Assembly: GCA_043228905.1 (NCBI GenBank)
Contig: JBHGNT010000010.1
Location: 620,001 to 684,000 of the forward strand
From: Azolla caroliniana
Lineage: Eukaryota > Plantae > Polypodiophyta
Direction: 5' to 3'
DNA: 64,000 nucleotides
This document shows positions 38,801 to 51,743 of the stretch, in pieces (the stretch's first letter is position 1; the number at the start of each line of letters is the position of its first letter). The notes beneath the pieces are model-generated. The model ran no database searches and was not told the origin of the DNA. It saw nothing but the letters and a program-made list of their open reading frames with translations. Position numbers and translations under genes: made by a program.

Positions 38801-41800
38801 CACGCATGGACCAAGCACATTGAGGTGCACTACCATTTCGTCCGTGAGCGTGTCCTTTCCGGTGAAGTCGAACTTCAATACGTTCCGACGGATCGGCAGG
38901 CTGCCGACATCTTCACAAAGCCTCTTGGTCTGGACAAGTTGCGGCAATTCTCAGGTGCGCTCGGGTTGCGTCACCTTGACGTGCCGAACTTGAGGGGGAG
39001 AATAGTCTCGAACGACCAAGCAAGGCAGCAGGAAAGGAGCGGACACCGCGACACCGAGTCGGTTGACAAGTTCGACATCGGATCAGCTGAAGAAGCCAAG
39101 GGCGGACCCACAGAAAAGTTCGGAAGCAGACAGAAGGGTAGCAACTAAAGGAGAGAGCTGAAGCCAACCACGCATGGAGAAGATGACGCCATCGAAGGCA
39201 AGAAGACCGAAGACGAGTTAGAGACAGCCAACTCGGACGAGAGCGAAAACCGATCGGAGGTAGCCGAGTCGGTTCGGATGTTTGATTCAGATACGCTGAA
39301 TCAACCGAGGCCCAAGCGGAAGAAAAGGCAGCAGGAGAAGCGTCAACACCGCAACAGCAGAAGAGCTTATAAGGGCCGCATGAGCAGACGAGCCGACCGG
39401 AAGGGTCGAAGCGCGCGGAGTCGAACAGGTCGAGGAGCGCGAGCGAGGCGTGAAGCCAGGAGGAACCGGAGCTGTGAGCCTGAGGATCCCGAAGAGCCTC
39501 AAGTTGAGCTTGAGGGGGAGTGTTGAGAGACAAGCTCAACATCGGCCGGATCGGCTGAAGAAGCCGAGGACCGGATCGGTTGGGACCAATCGGTTAGGCC
39601 GAGTGCGTAAACCGGGAGGTCGTTAGGAAAGATATTCCGTGAGGAATATATTTGGGAGTTAGTGTAGGAGCTCTTGATGAGCATTGAAGTACTGTTAGTA
39701 CTTTGGTCAGTCCTTCTAGGACTTGTATAAAAGTGTTCACTGAGCACGTCTTATGTACAGACTGAGTATTATTATTGAATATAGTTTTTTGTGTCTTCTC
39801 TCTCACTCTCTCTGTCTCTCCCGCGTATACCGTGTAAGCTCAAGCTCTCCATTAAACCTGAGTTTCCTTCCTTCTGTTCGGTCTTCATACTTGCTTCCGC
39901 ACGTTACTTTCTACAATTATGCATTCATGATGAAGGTAGCGTCAGTACAGGAACCGGAAACGCTTTCCGAAGCCGCAAAGGATCCACGATGGGTCAACGC
40001 GATGAATGAGGAGATGGAAGTGTTATGCAAAAACGAGACATGGGATCTCGTTCCTCACCCCCCGTACAAGAAACCAATTGGTTGCAGGTGGATTTACAAG
40101 GTGAAGCACAATGTCGATGGTTCCGTAAATCGCTTCAAAGCACGGCTCGTTGCAAAAGGCTACGCACAAACACACGGCGTAGACTGAGAAGAAACCTTTG
40201 CCCCGGTGGCAAAGATGACGACAGTACGAACCATAATCGCGCTAGCAGCAACAAAAGGGTGGCACCTCCATCATATGGACGTGAAAAACGCTTTCCTCCA
40301 AGGAGAGCTAGAAGAAGAGGTGAATATGACACAACCACCCGGATTCGAATCGCGTAATCATTCACACATCGTATGTCGACTCAAGAAGCCACTCTACGGC
40401 CTCAAACAAGCACCGTGTGCTTGGCACTCGAAGATCACGCAATATCTTCACCAAGTCGGCTTTCGGATGTCAAAATCCGATACATCTCTATACATCCGAA
40501 ATGAGTCGGATAGCCCAATAGTCATCATTCTATACATGGATGACTTAGTTATCGGAGGAAAGGATCTTGCCGAGATTAACAAAGTTAAATCACTTCTTTC
40601 TGGCAGATTCGAAATGAAGGACCTGCACGAACTTCATTACTTTCTAGGTATTGAAGTAATTCAGACACCAGTCGGAATCATGATCTCACAACGGCACTAC
40701 ATTCTCAACTTACTCTACAAGTTCGGAATGACAAAGTGCAAACCCGTGACTACCCCTCTTGAACGTAATCTCAAGATCGATGCCAGTTCTGGCACGGCCG
40801 CGAGCGAGTCGACTCAGTATCGTCCACTGATCAGTAGTCTAATCTACCTAACCATTACGCGACCCGACCTCAGTTATTTGGTCGGCCTACTTAGCCAATT
40901 CATGCAGAACCCAAGAAACCTTCACCTCGATTGCGCTAAGAGGATACTACGGTATGTCAGCACAACAGTGGATTATGGCATCTTGTATAAGTCGAATACG
41001 ACCATTCGACTTGAAGGGTACACAGACGCGGACTGGGCAGGATACACAGCAGATAGACGATCCACATCCAGACTCGTCTTCTCCCTCAACAGCGGAGCGA
41101 TCTCCTAGAGCAGCAAGAAACAGCCGACAGTTGCATTGTCGAGCACGGAAGCTGAATACAGGGGCGCAGCAGTCGTCGCATGCGAAGCTGTATGGCTTAA
41201 GCGTATACTAAAAGATCTGGGCGTACCCATCAAAGATCCAATATGCATGTACTGCGACAACATGAGCAATATCTACCTCGCGAGTAACCCCGTATTTCAC
41301 ACATGGACTAAACACATCGAAGTGCACTACCACTTCATCCGTGAGCGCGTTCAGGCCGGAGAAATTGACCTCCAACACATCAGCACGCACCTACAAGTCG
41401 TTGATATCTTTACAAAGGCCTTAGGCATCGACAAGCTCGGGCAATTTGCATCAGATCTTGGTCTCACGTCGTCCACATTGTCGAGCTTGAGGGGGAATAC
41501 GCAGACACGGCATGGATAGGCTACGCAATACGCAACACAACCGACTAGACAAGTCAAAGTACGAACCGAACAACTTTCTGACAGATGGACGTTGTGTTCG
41601 AAGGGGCGTGTTGAGAATCGAACTCAACTTCCCATAGATAGGTTTCACACTAGCTCATGGACATTCCAGGCTAGTTTTGTAAATAGTAGAAAGGGCACTT
41701 GCCCTAGCTTAGTTGGTATATAAACCAACTCATTGTAACTTAGTTAATGTTGGATATATTTTGTTTCATTAATATTATATACACTTTTGTCTATCTCTGT

Positions 41801-44800
41801 TTCTTGAGCTCTCTATCTCTCTCTCTCTCTCTCTACTGTTACACATACACACACCTAGTTCACCTTCCGCTGCATTGCAATCACCACAGACTCCATTTCC
41901 TAACACCCACTCACTGCACAAGAAGGCAATTGGCTGCAGATGGATCTACAAGGTGAAGTATAATGTCAGAGGCTCCGTAAACCATTACAAAGCTCGACTC
42001 GTAGCGAAAGGATACGCTCAGACGCATGGAGTCGACTATGAAGAGACATTTGCCCCCGTGGCAAAGATGGCGACGGTACGGACCGTAATTGCACTCGCAG
42101 CGGCGAAAGGGTGGCACCTCCACCAAATGGACATCAAGAACGCTTTCCTCCAAGGCGAATTAGAAGAGGAGGTGTACATGATACAACCTCCCGGCTTCAA
42201 ATCGCCCATTCATCCGAAAGTCGTGGGACGACTCAAGAAGCCACTCTACGGCCTCAAGCAAGCACCGCGTGCTTGGCATTCGAAGACTACGCAATATCTT
42301 CATAAAATCGGATTTCGAATGTCGAAATCCAACAACTCCCTCTATGTAGGCCACGACTCTAGAAGCCTAATTTTCATCATCCTCTATGTGGATGATCTGG
42401 TTATTGGAGGTGAGCATTTAGTCGACATCAATAAGGTGAAGTTCCTCCTCTCCAACAAATTCGAGATGACAAACATGAAGGAGCTTCATTACTTCCTAGG
42501 CATCAAGGTAATTCGGACTCCGGCTGGCATTATGATCTTCCAATGGCACTACATCCTCAACTTGTTATACAAGTTCGGGATTACTCAATGTAAATCTGTG
42601 GCAACCCCTCTCAATCGAAACCTTAAATTGGATGTTGACTCCGGCATAGAAGAGTGTGAGCCGACCCAATATCGTCAACTAAACCTCATCTATCTCACGA
42701 TCACTTGACCTTACCTTAGCTATCCAGTTGGACTCCTTAGCCAATTCATGCAAACTCCGCGAGATATCCATTTCGATTGCGTTAAGCGAGTATTACGATA
42801 CGTGAGCGGCACAATGGATTACGGTGTTCACTAGGCATCGGCCACACCAATACGACTCGAAGGGTACATAGACGCGGACTAGGAAGGCTACAAAGCCGAT
42901 CGACAATCAACCTCCGGATTTGTCTTCTCGCTCGGTAGCGGAGCAATATCTTGGAGTAGTCAGAAGCAGCCTACTGTCGCACTTTCGAGTACGGAGGCCG
43001 AATACAGGGGCGCAATCGTAGCTGCATGTGAAGTTGTATGGCTCAAGAGGATTTTGAAGGATCTAGGCGTCCCCATCAAGGATCCGACTCCCATTTACTA
43101 CGACAACATGAGCAGTATATATCTGGCTCGGAACCCGGTGTTCCACGCACGCACAAAGCATATCGAAGTGCATTATCACTTCATCCGAGAGCACGTACAG
43201 GCCGGAGATGTCGACCTTCAACACATCAACATGAATCTTCAGACGGCCGACATCTTTACCAAAGCCTTAGGGGCCGACAAGCTTCGGCAATTCATGTCAG
43301 ACCTCAGATTGACGATTCCTGACTTGCCAAGCTTGAGGGGGAGTACAAGCGAGAACCGGATACCGTTTGAACCAGGTACGAGCCGAAGCGGACACCGAAG
43401 ATCGTCTGAACCGGATACCAGCCGAAGCGGACATCAATCAAAAGGAATCGACCCGAGTTAAGGTTGAGGGGTTGTGTTGAGAATCAAGCTCAACATAGTG
43501 CAACGTGTGAACACACCTTTTGAGAATCCATAATTACTCAAAGGTCAAGAGTCACACCACTACTCTCTACACATTAACAATGTGTCATAGAATCATATTC
43601 TATGACACATAACTAATGAGTTACATATATCCCATGACTATGAGTTTTCACATTCCCCAAGAGAGAGAGTGGTTGTTGTAAGTTAATGAAGAGAGAGGGT
43701 GACTCGATATAAAACACCCTCCTCATACTTCATATTAAGTCGATTGTGACTCCTTGTAATGCTACAAATTTGTATATCCATTCTACTTGTGAAATATACA
43801 TCTTCTTCTTCTTGAGTATTTTATTTCTCTTGCTTATCTATCTTGTGTTCTCCTCTCTCCTCTATTTTTCTCTCTCTCACACACATACACACACATAACA
43901 CACATATCTATTCCGTTGCACAAGAATCACCATCGATTCTTTACAGTACATTCAGATGTTTGTGGTCCTTTAAAGGTAAATTCAATAGGTGGTGCACTCC
44001 ATTTTGTTGCTTTGTCTACAACAAAAGTTGAATATATTGCAACCCCTGAAGCTGCCAAAGAGATGCGTTGAAAAGGTTTGTTTCAGATTTGGGTTTAAGT
44101 CAACTAACTTATGTGATCTTCTGTGACAGCCAAAGTGCAATAGATTTGAGCAAGAACTCGATGTACCATTCTTGTACAAAACATATTGATGTACGGTATC
44201 ATTGGCTGCGCTCGGCAATTGAAGATCAACTTCTACAACTCAAGAAAATTCACACAGATGAAGTGTTGGTGTATAAGATTTACGTTGATAGTGGATTCTT
44301 TCTGGACTAGGTCCTATGGTTTTTACCTCTTTGAGGGTTTTCCATGTTAAAATTTGTGGTGTATTGTGCATAGTGTTTGTTGTGTATCTTTCTTGTTCTC
44401 TTTGAATAATCTTGCACAACATAATTTGTCTTACATACATAAGTGTTTACACCAGCTAAACATATCAACGATATCTATTTGTCTATCTTAATTAATCTTG
44501 GTGCAATAACGATTGAGTGTTATCTTTCTATCTGGCTTTACTCTCTCTCATGTATTGATAAACCAAGAGAAAACAAAGAAAGTACTCTATTTTTTATACA
44601 AAGAGGTTTAACACCATACAAGAGATAGGGTTCAGGTTTAGGGTTAATCTTAAATCTATATTCGGGTTTAGGGTTAATCCTAAATCTATATTTTAGAAAA
44701 AAAGCTAGTTGTTTTCATTATGTTTGGAATTATGCATAGAGCTAACTTTCAATTCTAGGACTATCTTAGAACCAAAACATATCCTTTTAGCATCATAGTT

Positions 44801-45888
44801 TCTTCTACCATACCGTCCCACTTTTACTTGCGGGAATTTACCACTTCCATGTGAAAGTCACAATTCGTTGCACTAAAATCATGTATGACATGACCCACAA
44901 ATTGTTGGAGATTTAGTGTTTCATGGAAATTGTCAATGCACTAATGTGAAATTTCTTTTACAACTTCACCACGTCAAGTCATAAACCACCCCAAAAGTAC
45001 CAACTTGTGTACATTCTATTGATTCTCTTGCAAGGGGGTATAAAATGAGCAAACAGGACAAAGCTCACAGCTGAGGAGCTGAAAAGGTCTACAATTCTGC
45101 CTTGTCATATAATTCACCAAAAACAAGTATGATATTGGATTAAAAGGTTCTGTCAGACAAACACGGATGGTAAGTCAGTCAAGTGTATGATATTGACCGA
45201 CATGGCTTTTTTCCAGAGAGCAGAGCGACCTCACAAGGCTCTTTTCTTTGTGGATAAGAGTACGTTCAGAAGCACAAATTTGGGTGCCCTATAACATGAA
45301 ATTTGGATGGACATGATAGGCTGCACTGTGCTGATCCAGCTAGTTGATGCTGTCCATCATTATTATCATGGCGCGGACAAACAAAAAGCAATAGATCACC
45401 CTGACAACGCAACACTCATGATGTACTTAATAATATGTGTAGAGCCAACATCCAATACCAAATCTAAATTTACAATTTTCATATTCTCTTTAAAAAAATA
45501 GAAACTAAACAGCGGATCTCAGACAGATGATAGTTCACCAGCATAAGCAGGAAGAAGATAAGATCGAATCAGGAAAAGGAGTACTCAGAATAGGCAGAAC
45601 TCAAGATATTTTAAATCCATAAACATAAAGCAAAATAACTCAGTGCAGGAGAGATTTGTCCCCACAATTGTAACTAGTGCTACCTTTGACATCAAAGGGT
45701 GGAGTAAAAAGACTAGAAAACAGATTTGCCGCTAAATTTATTTTCCTTGATTAAGCTTCTCTGCCTGTATCCCCAATTAAATTTCTGATCACAAAATCCC
45801 AATGTTTCTATAATAAAATTCTCGAGTAATACATAGGAGCTTCAGATTATATGCTCTCATTCACATAAGACTCAACGGACAAGCTTCC

Positions 45889-48800
45889 TCATTCCAGGTA
45901 CTTGTAGTCCCCGGACACAGCTTCTTTGTGGTATCTCGGTTTTCTCAAATAGTAGTAGAGAAACTGACAAAGGATCTTTTTAACATGGTTAAGGATTAAG
46001 AAGACTATGGAAAGAACTGCCCCTCATTTTGAAAGCCCAAGTAGCATTTGTTTCGTCAATACAAATAGCTATATTTTATTTTACCACAAAAAACAACTTA
46101 CAGCTTTGAAAGGATACAAAGAAATCTAGTAGCACACAAACGCCCGCATCCACAAGCCATGGCATATTTGATTTGATCTTCATCCATTCAGTTGAATTTA
46201 CCAGAATGCTGATAAGAACGGAAATTATATGAGTTTAGGAAAATGTGGGTGCCGTCTCATACTATTTCGCATGGTAAATGTATCTGTGTGTGCTCAATAA
46301 GAACATTTACCTCCCAACATATGTCGCATTTCCAAGTACAGCAAAAGTGAACATCAATGGGTTCAATCCCTGGACACCGTTAAATGTCTTAAAAAGTTAA
46401 AAATAAAATATGCACACTAGGATTCAAGTGCACTACTTACCTCAACCGATCCTCGCTTTATCTGCAGTAAATCATTCGCATGCATCTTAAGTCAGAAAAT
46501 CATAATCGAACACAAATCTCATCAGTGAAAAGTGTTCGAAACAAAAAATCTTACATTGAGGTAGATTTGAGGGAGTCGTCCTCCCATGTATATGACTGCC
46601 ATCGACCATCCACACCATACACCTGCGGTGCCCCCCATCTCATTCATTTCACTGAATGTCTGATACTCAAAAAAGGCCGACAGTCTATTCCAATTAAGAA
46701 ACATATTAATCCAATTTATAATAAAAAAGCCATGCTAACATTTAACAGTGATGGCTTACTTGGAAGAGTTTTCGTCCAAGAAAAATATTCGGGTTCCCAT
46801 GGCTAATGGAAACCTCACCACTATAAAGGTTACTTCTAAAACTTCTCCCAATATTAAGCCCGCTGATACACATTGCAAAAGTAAAAATCTGCATCAGGAA
46901 AGTAAAACACATAATTAACTGTAAGACACAATGCCTGCCAAGGTAAAAGAAAAAGAAAAATAATTCGATCCAGGCCAATCCAAACTATTATAACACATAA
47001 AATAACTAGATACTCACTCCTCTGAGAACAGGCGACCCAACAGTAGCCGGGCCAGGGGCAGACCTTGAAGTGCTAATACTGATGGGTATGTGAGAGGAGT
47101 TGTAGCCTGGTTCATCAAGTGAGTTGTTTCCTGCATTAAGAAGAGAGTAAATTGTAGTACCATGACCCCCAGAACCACGAGAGACAGCAAGATATGACCC
47201 TGCCGTTGGTGTTCGACTGCTTGCTAGAGACCGTGCAGACCTGCGTGCAATGGAATGCAAATTAAACAACTACATCCATTATCATGAAAATTATAGAGAT
47301 ACAAAAAAACACTTCATACCTCACTGAAGTGAGTATACTTTATCACAATGCATGCATGTGTCAAGACAAAATGCTCATTCACATGTAGCGGTGTGAAAAA
47401 CAACATCCCATTCATGAACAAGTGGGTGTGTGAGTGCAACACTATTAGTACTACTACTCAGCACATCATCATAACCTCTTCTGTATATAAACGTTTAAAA
47501 TGACCTCTTTATATTCACAGGCAATTTATAATGGCAGTTTCACATGGAGGATGAATTTTACGTGTAGTAGAGTCCATCTCTTCCTGGAACAAAAGGTGGT
47601 GAGCCACTCCGAGCATAAGCAATTGGGCTGCTAACTTGGGTCGCAAGAAGTGGTGCTCCCAGATCAGCAATAATTTGCGTAGGCTTGGACGGTTCTTTTG
47701 CCTGGGTAAAAGTATTATGATAATACATTCATCTAGTGTAAACAAAATGGCAACATAAAAGCCTGATAATATTTTTTTCAAAACCTGAAATTCCATTGGC
47801 TCGTTTCCAGCAACTGCACCATCCCTCTGCATGTCTCTCTCCCACCTCATGATCTCCTTTGTCTGATTGACCTGGCCAACCTTCTTCGAAATGTGATCAT
47901 AGTACATTACTTGGCCCACTAAGACCAATGTGGTGATGGTATATAGCTGTCACCATTACAAAATTTGAGATTTGGTGCACTGATCTCAACATATGATTTA
48001 GGAAATAGGAAATGAGAGTTTTAAAAGTTCAGATATTGGCATCCGAATATACTGAAATTTTTGTGCTACTTCCAATATGATTAGGATTCTACTGAGGCCA
48101 CTAGAGTGCACACAATCATCTCTTTATTGGTTTTTCATCATCTGATGCTTATGAATTCGATCTCAAGCTTCACTCTTCGCTCAAGCTTGTACGAGAAACA
48201 TAATCAGGACATCCGAACTGCCATAGTAAACAAAACTAACTAGAACTAGAATGGCATGCAGAATAAAAAAATAGGTCAATTTTCTTGGACTTTCCCATTC
48301 ACAAAGTTTTTGAGAAAAATAGAGCTGCCCATATTATACATCCTATGACACCCCATTTGACCACTTAAATTCAGAAAATATTTTATACTGCCATTAACTG
48401 AAGGAGGAGAAACGAATGATATATTTACCAGTGCCATGTAGAATTGTGTGGGTAGCTGCAATATAACCACAAAAAAAGGGGGATTTCAACATAGATTCCC
48501 TGAAATCACTGTCTTTAAAATGCTTTAAAATGAAAGATAAATGACAAAAGGATATGTAGAAGTCAAAGTAACAGCTTTCAATCAATATACCGTAGATGGC
48601 TCCAAGTAGCAACCAGCAAGATTGAAAACATCTCTGCAAGCATGCAGAGGAGAACATTACACAAGGAGCCCACGATGGACAAGAGAGATTTACCAGAACA
48701 ATAAATATACGTAGCCAAAATGCAAAAGCGTAAACATACCCCACAACCCAAGTGATGAGGAAGAGGAGGGAGACCCCCTCTGTGGAGCCTTCACGGAAAT

Positions 48801-48993
48801 TGGTGATGATCTGAGGGACCTCTGCCACACCCCAGCAGAAGACACTCATGAGGCCCAGGGCAAAAGACGCCTCCTGGCGCCGGCTGCAAACACATGCACT
48901 CAGGTATCTCCTTGCCCACTCCAGGCATGACTGCCCGCCTAATGGGCTGCACACAGCGGGGGCCTCACCATTAATATACGTATTCATAACCAT
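45889..48993 (-). CDS. PQ-loop repeat membrane protein (YPQ1/PQLC2-like vacuolar amino-acid transporter), 12 coding exons, 446 aa
   Basis: GT-AG exons at 48993-48740, 48633-48591, 48455-48429, 47946-47785, 47701-47562, 47240-47018, 46888-46760, 46659-46555, 46461-46441, 46369-46311, 46208-46118 and 45975-45889 join in frame (1341 nt). Two PQ motifs (AEVPQIITNF, GRLPQIYLN) plus LEPSTLPTQFY and YYTSARSLASS. A 5' UTR intron is likely (donor ~49370). Confidence 0.93.
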
Positions 48994-49085
48994 CTTCTGC
49001 TGTATATATCACTATCAAAAATTATATATATATAGTGTGTGTATTTATTGGCTCTTTTGCATTCCCACTGTTCGGGGGGGGAGCG

Positions 49086-49117
<32 letters not shown>

Positions 49118-50559
49118 TCGCAGAAGAGAATCCTGAGGTTCAGAAGAGATTATTATTATTATTATTATTAGAGACTAGAGTAAAATAAAGGCCAGTTTCT
49201 CAGAGAGACGTCAGCGCTGTCCTGTAGAGATGCTGCTGCGACAGCGACTGCTGCCCCCACGACGACGTTAGACGACCACCCTTATTACGTCGTGTCGTCT
49301 CTCCAAGAAAACACCCCACCATCTTCTTCTTGTGAAGAACATGAAGATAGAGAGAGAGAGCGCTCTCTCACCTAGCCTTCGCCTTCACGTTCGTATGTAT
49401 GTATGTATGTATGTATAGACAAACAAACATTCATGCAGCAGCAGCAGCAGCAGCAGCCCCCGCCCACATGTGCCGACTAAAAACTAAATAAATAATAATC
49501 GATACATAATATTGTTACTCCCTCCGATGCTTTTTTGAACAAAATAAATTATGTCTCTGTATGTATGAGAGAGACTGTCTGCTTGTCTTTGGTCAGATAA
49601 TATATATATATATATATATATAACTCTGTCCAGATCCTCTGGGACTTGCTAATTTGGAGATGAAGTAAATAGATGGTGGTGCTGGTACGCGTCGTGAATT
49701 TGACATATATATACAACATATATAAATATACATATATACATATACACACACATATATATATATAGCATGTATATGTTATATATGTGCTGGCATGTGAATC
49801 CTAATGGGTTGATCGATCAAGTGGCAGCTCCAGCTGACTCAGCATCTACCCCACTTGCCATGTCACTTCAAAAAAATGAATAGTGCCCATGGGCACGCAC
49901 TTAACACAGGTGTGGCTGGTGAGAGGGGTAACTCTGAAATTCCACGTTGTTTTTACGTTTCTATGTTCAAAGAACACAAGAAGGAAACATCCAATTAAAG
50001 TCCTTTGGAAAGAAAGGAGGTCGTGATGTTGCCCATGTCATCCATCATGTTTGATTATCTTGTGACTGTTTGTTGTCCTATCTGACGTTATGTCTTGTTA
50101 TTAAATATGTTTTTTTATGTATGATCTTGTCTAAGTGGCATAATATCCATTTTATTTATATAGCTATTAGCAATTGCTCCTTACCACTTTAAACTACCTC
50201 TGAGTTTGTACCCAAAAATGGGAATACCCCGACATGTTTTTAGTTCCTAAGATACCCTGAAGCTTCACAAAGTAATGAAGCTTCTTAATCACCTCACATT
50301 ATGTATGACTAGTAATTATGGAATGCTCGTTCTTGGCTTATTACCAACTTAATTAATTACGGGTTGGCATTCCCTTATTATACACTACAAGTGTTAATTA
50401 TAGCGAGCCTAGTGATTTTGTCCCTTCCACAAAACTTGATCCCAACGCTCGACCTCGTTTATTGCAAATAACAAGTTTAAGGTGTACGGTGTTGTGGTCA
50501 AAGGTTCTATGTGGACAAAGCAAATAATGCCAAGCCTCGCGGAAATACCATGAACCATG

Positions 50560-51200
50560 GATCTATCAAGAGACATACAACATTGAGACAAGTAAAAGGA
50601 GTTTATTCTTGTAATTTGAGATATGTCAATGGTGTATTCATCATCGAAATGGGAACACAAGCAAACATGTCAAAGGAGGGAAGTGAACGTCGACAACACA
50701 AGATTAGTAGTTGTGTTCACATATACAAAAGACAATATGTTCCAATTGAGTGCAATAGTCGAGTACAAAGTGCAAGCGCCTATGGGATGCTAAGTTATGG
50801 CATGCATACTTTGGGAACCTATGTTTCTCGTATTCAGAGAAGCCATTGCAAACAAATGTGTTGGTTCCCAATCTGTTGAACCACCCGACAAGTGTGAAAC
50901 TATTAAGAGTGCAAGAGCACTATCCGACATGTGTGAGTACAAGTGTGCAAGAGCATTTCGGATGCTAAGATATGGAATCCTCACTTTGGACACCTAAGTT
51001 TCTCAAATTTACAAAAGATATTTCAAACAAATGAATTGGTACTTGATTTGTTGAACTATCCGGCAAGAGTGAAAAGCTTTCCCATAAGAGCTTGAAAGAA
51101 TGAAATCTCATAAGAGTAAGGGTATGTGAGTTTCACAACCTTGTCTTAACACATTTGTAGCTCATAGTTTATTATGTGCAAGTCTGCACTATGAAGGAGA
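50560..51200 (+). mobile_element. Highly degenerate Copia fragment (two GAG-pre-integrase-like copies)
   Basis: DAKLWHAYFGNL at ~50786 and DAKIWNPHFGHLS at ~50961 resemble the LWHxRxGH motif. No long ORF. Confidence 0.45.
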
Positions 51201-51743
51201 CCTATGGTTTACCATCCTCACTCCTTCCAATAGTATTGCAAAACGATTGATGTATGATGCCATAGTATTAAATGCATTGCAAATGTCAAACAACATATAT
51301 GAAGAGTTATGATATATGTATGTACATATATAAAACACACTATAGTCGCAAATAATTAAGTGGGAAAAAAACTTATTTAAGATGATTGTGTAATAAGTGT
51401 GCACAATCTCATGATGACAATCATCAAGGCTTGACTTGGAAAGTAGAAGTTTAATATTACACAGTGCACACCATCTCATGATGTTTAACTTTACTACTAA
51501 ATTTACAAATGTTATGGATAAGTTAGTCTTAACGAAGCTATACTGGGACCGGGACAGGAAGATGTTTGGAGTCATTTCACCTTCCCCCCAACCCAACCCA
51601 ACCAATGCGTTCGTTCGTTCACTTTTGCGTCTTGAGTTATATGTTGTACATTATTTATGTATGTATGATTGGTGCGAAATCCCTGGAAATCCTCTGGCAG
51701 TGGCAACATATGAACATATGTATAACACACGTTTAGCCGCTGC

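Larger units (their letters stand above)
28795..39915 (+). mobile_element. Copia C5, full-length but pseudogenised, with a long extension after RNase H; contains C6
   Basis: LTRs 28795-29189 and 39521-39915 (395 bp, ~7 differences). Perfect TSD attat. PBS at 29190. Gag starts ~29262. Integrase is split at GRKI|KCLQSDGG (31041/36480). RT-RH runs to ~39000. Confidence 0.95.
25817..41905 (+). mobile_element. Copia C4, full-length but pseudogenised; contains C5
   Basis: LTRs 25817-26114 and 41609-41905 (~11 differences in 298 bp). TSD ctcac/cccac. PBS at 26115. Gag-PR-INT ~26216-28794. RT-RH 39921-41519 (junction YMAYHY|AFMMKV). Confidence 0.93.
22453..43945 (+). mobile_element. Copia C3, full-length but pseudogenised; contains C4
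   Basis: LTRs 22453-22919 and 43475-43945 (tgttgagaatc...tttaca, ~4% divergent). PBS at 22920. Gag-PR-INT ~23081-25816. RT-RH resumes at 41911 (WDLVPH|SLHKKAIGCRW) and runs to 43461. No TSD found. Confidence 0.92.
21606..44449 (+). mobile_element. Copia C2 (Tnt1/Tork-like), heavily deleted, outermost element of the nest
   Basis: Partial 5' LTR 21606-21875 and PBS 21878-21890. Gag ATG at 21908 (LNSTNYHKWKGKMKDLL) is fused to GAG-pre-integrase (LWHKRLSH...RKEEVLE). The sequence resumes at 43946 with VHSDVCGP, then RNase H (ALSTT...CDSQSAIDL). Partial 3' LTR 44266-44449 matches ~21672-21853. Confidence 0.85.

Noticed and set aside
44626-44695. Telomere-like ggtttagggtt motifs in a 30-bp duplication
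   Set aside because: Only two short degenerate copies, insufficient to call an interstitial telomere.
48394-48993. 199-aa ORF as a stand-alone gene
   Set aside because: It is PQ-loop exon 1 read through into introns; the spliced model explains it.
49090-49770. (TA)n, (TTA)n, (TATG)n and (CAG)n tracts upstream of the PQ-loop gene
   Set aside because: Ordinary plant promoter and UTR microsatellites.
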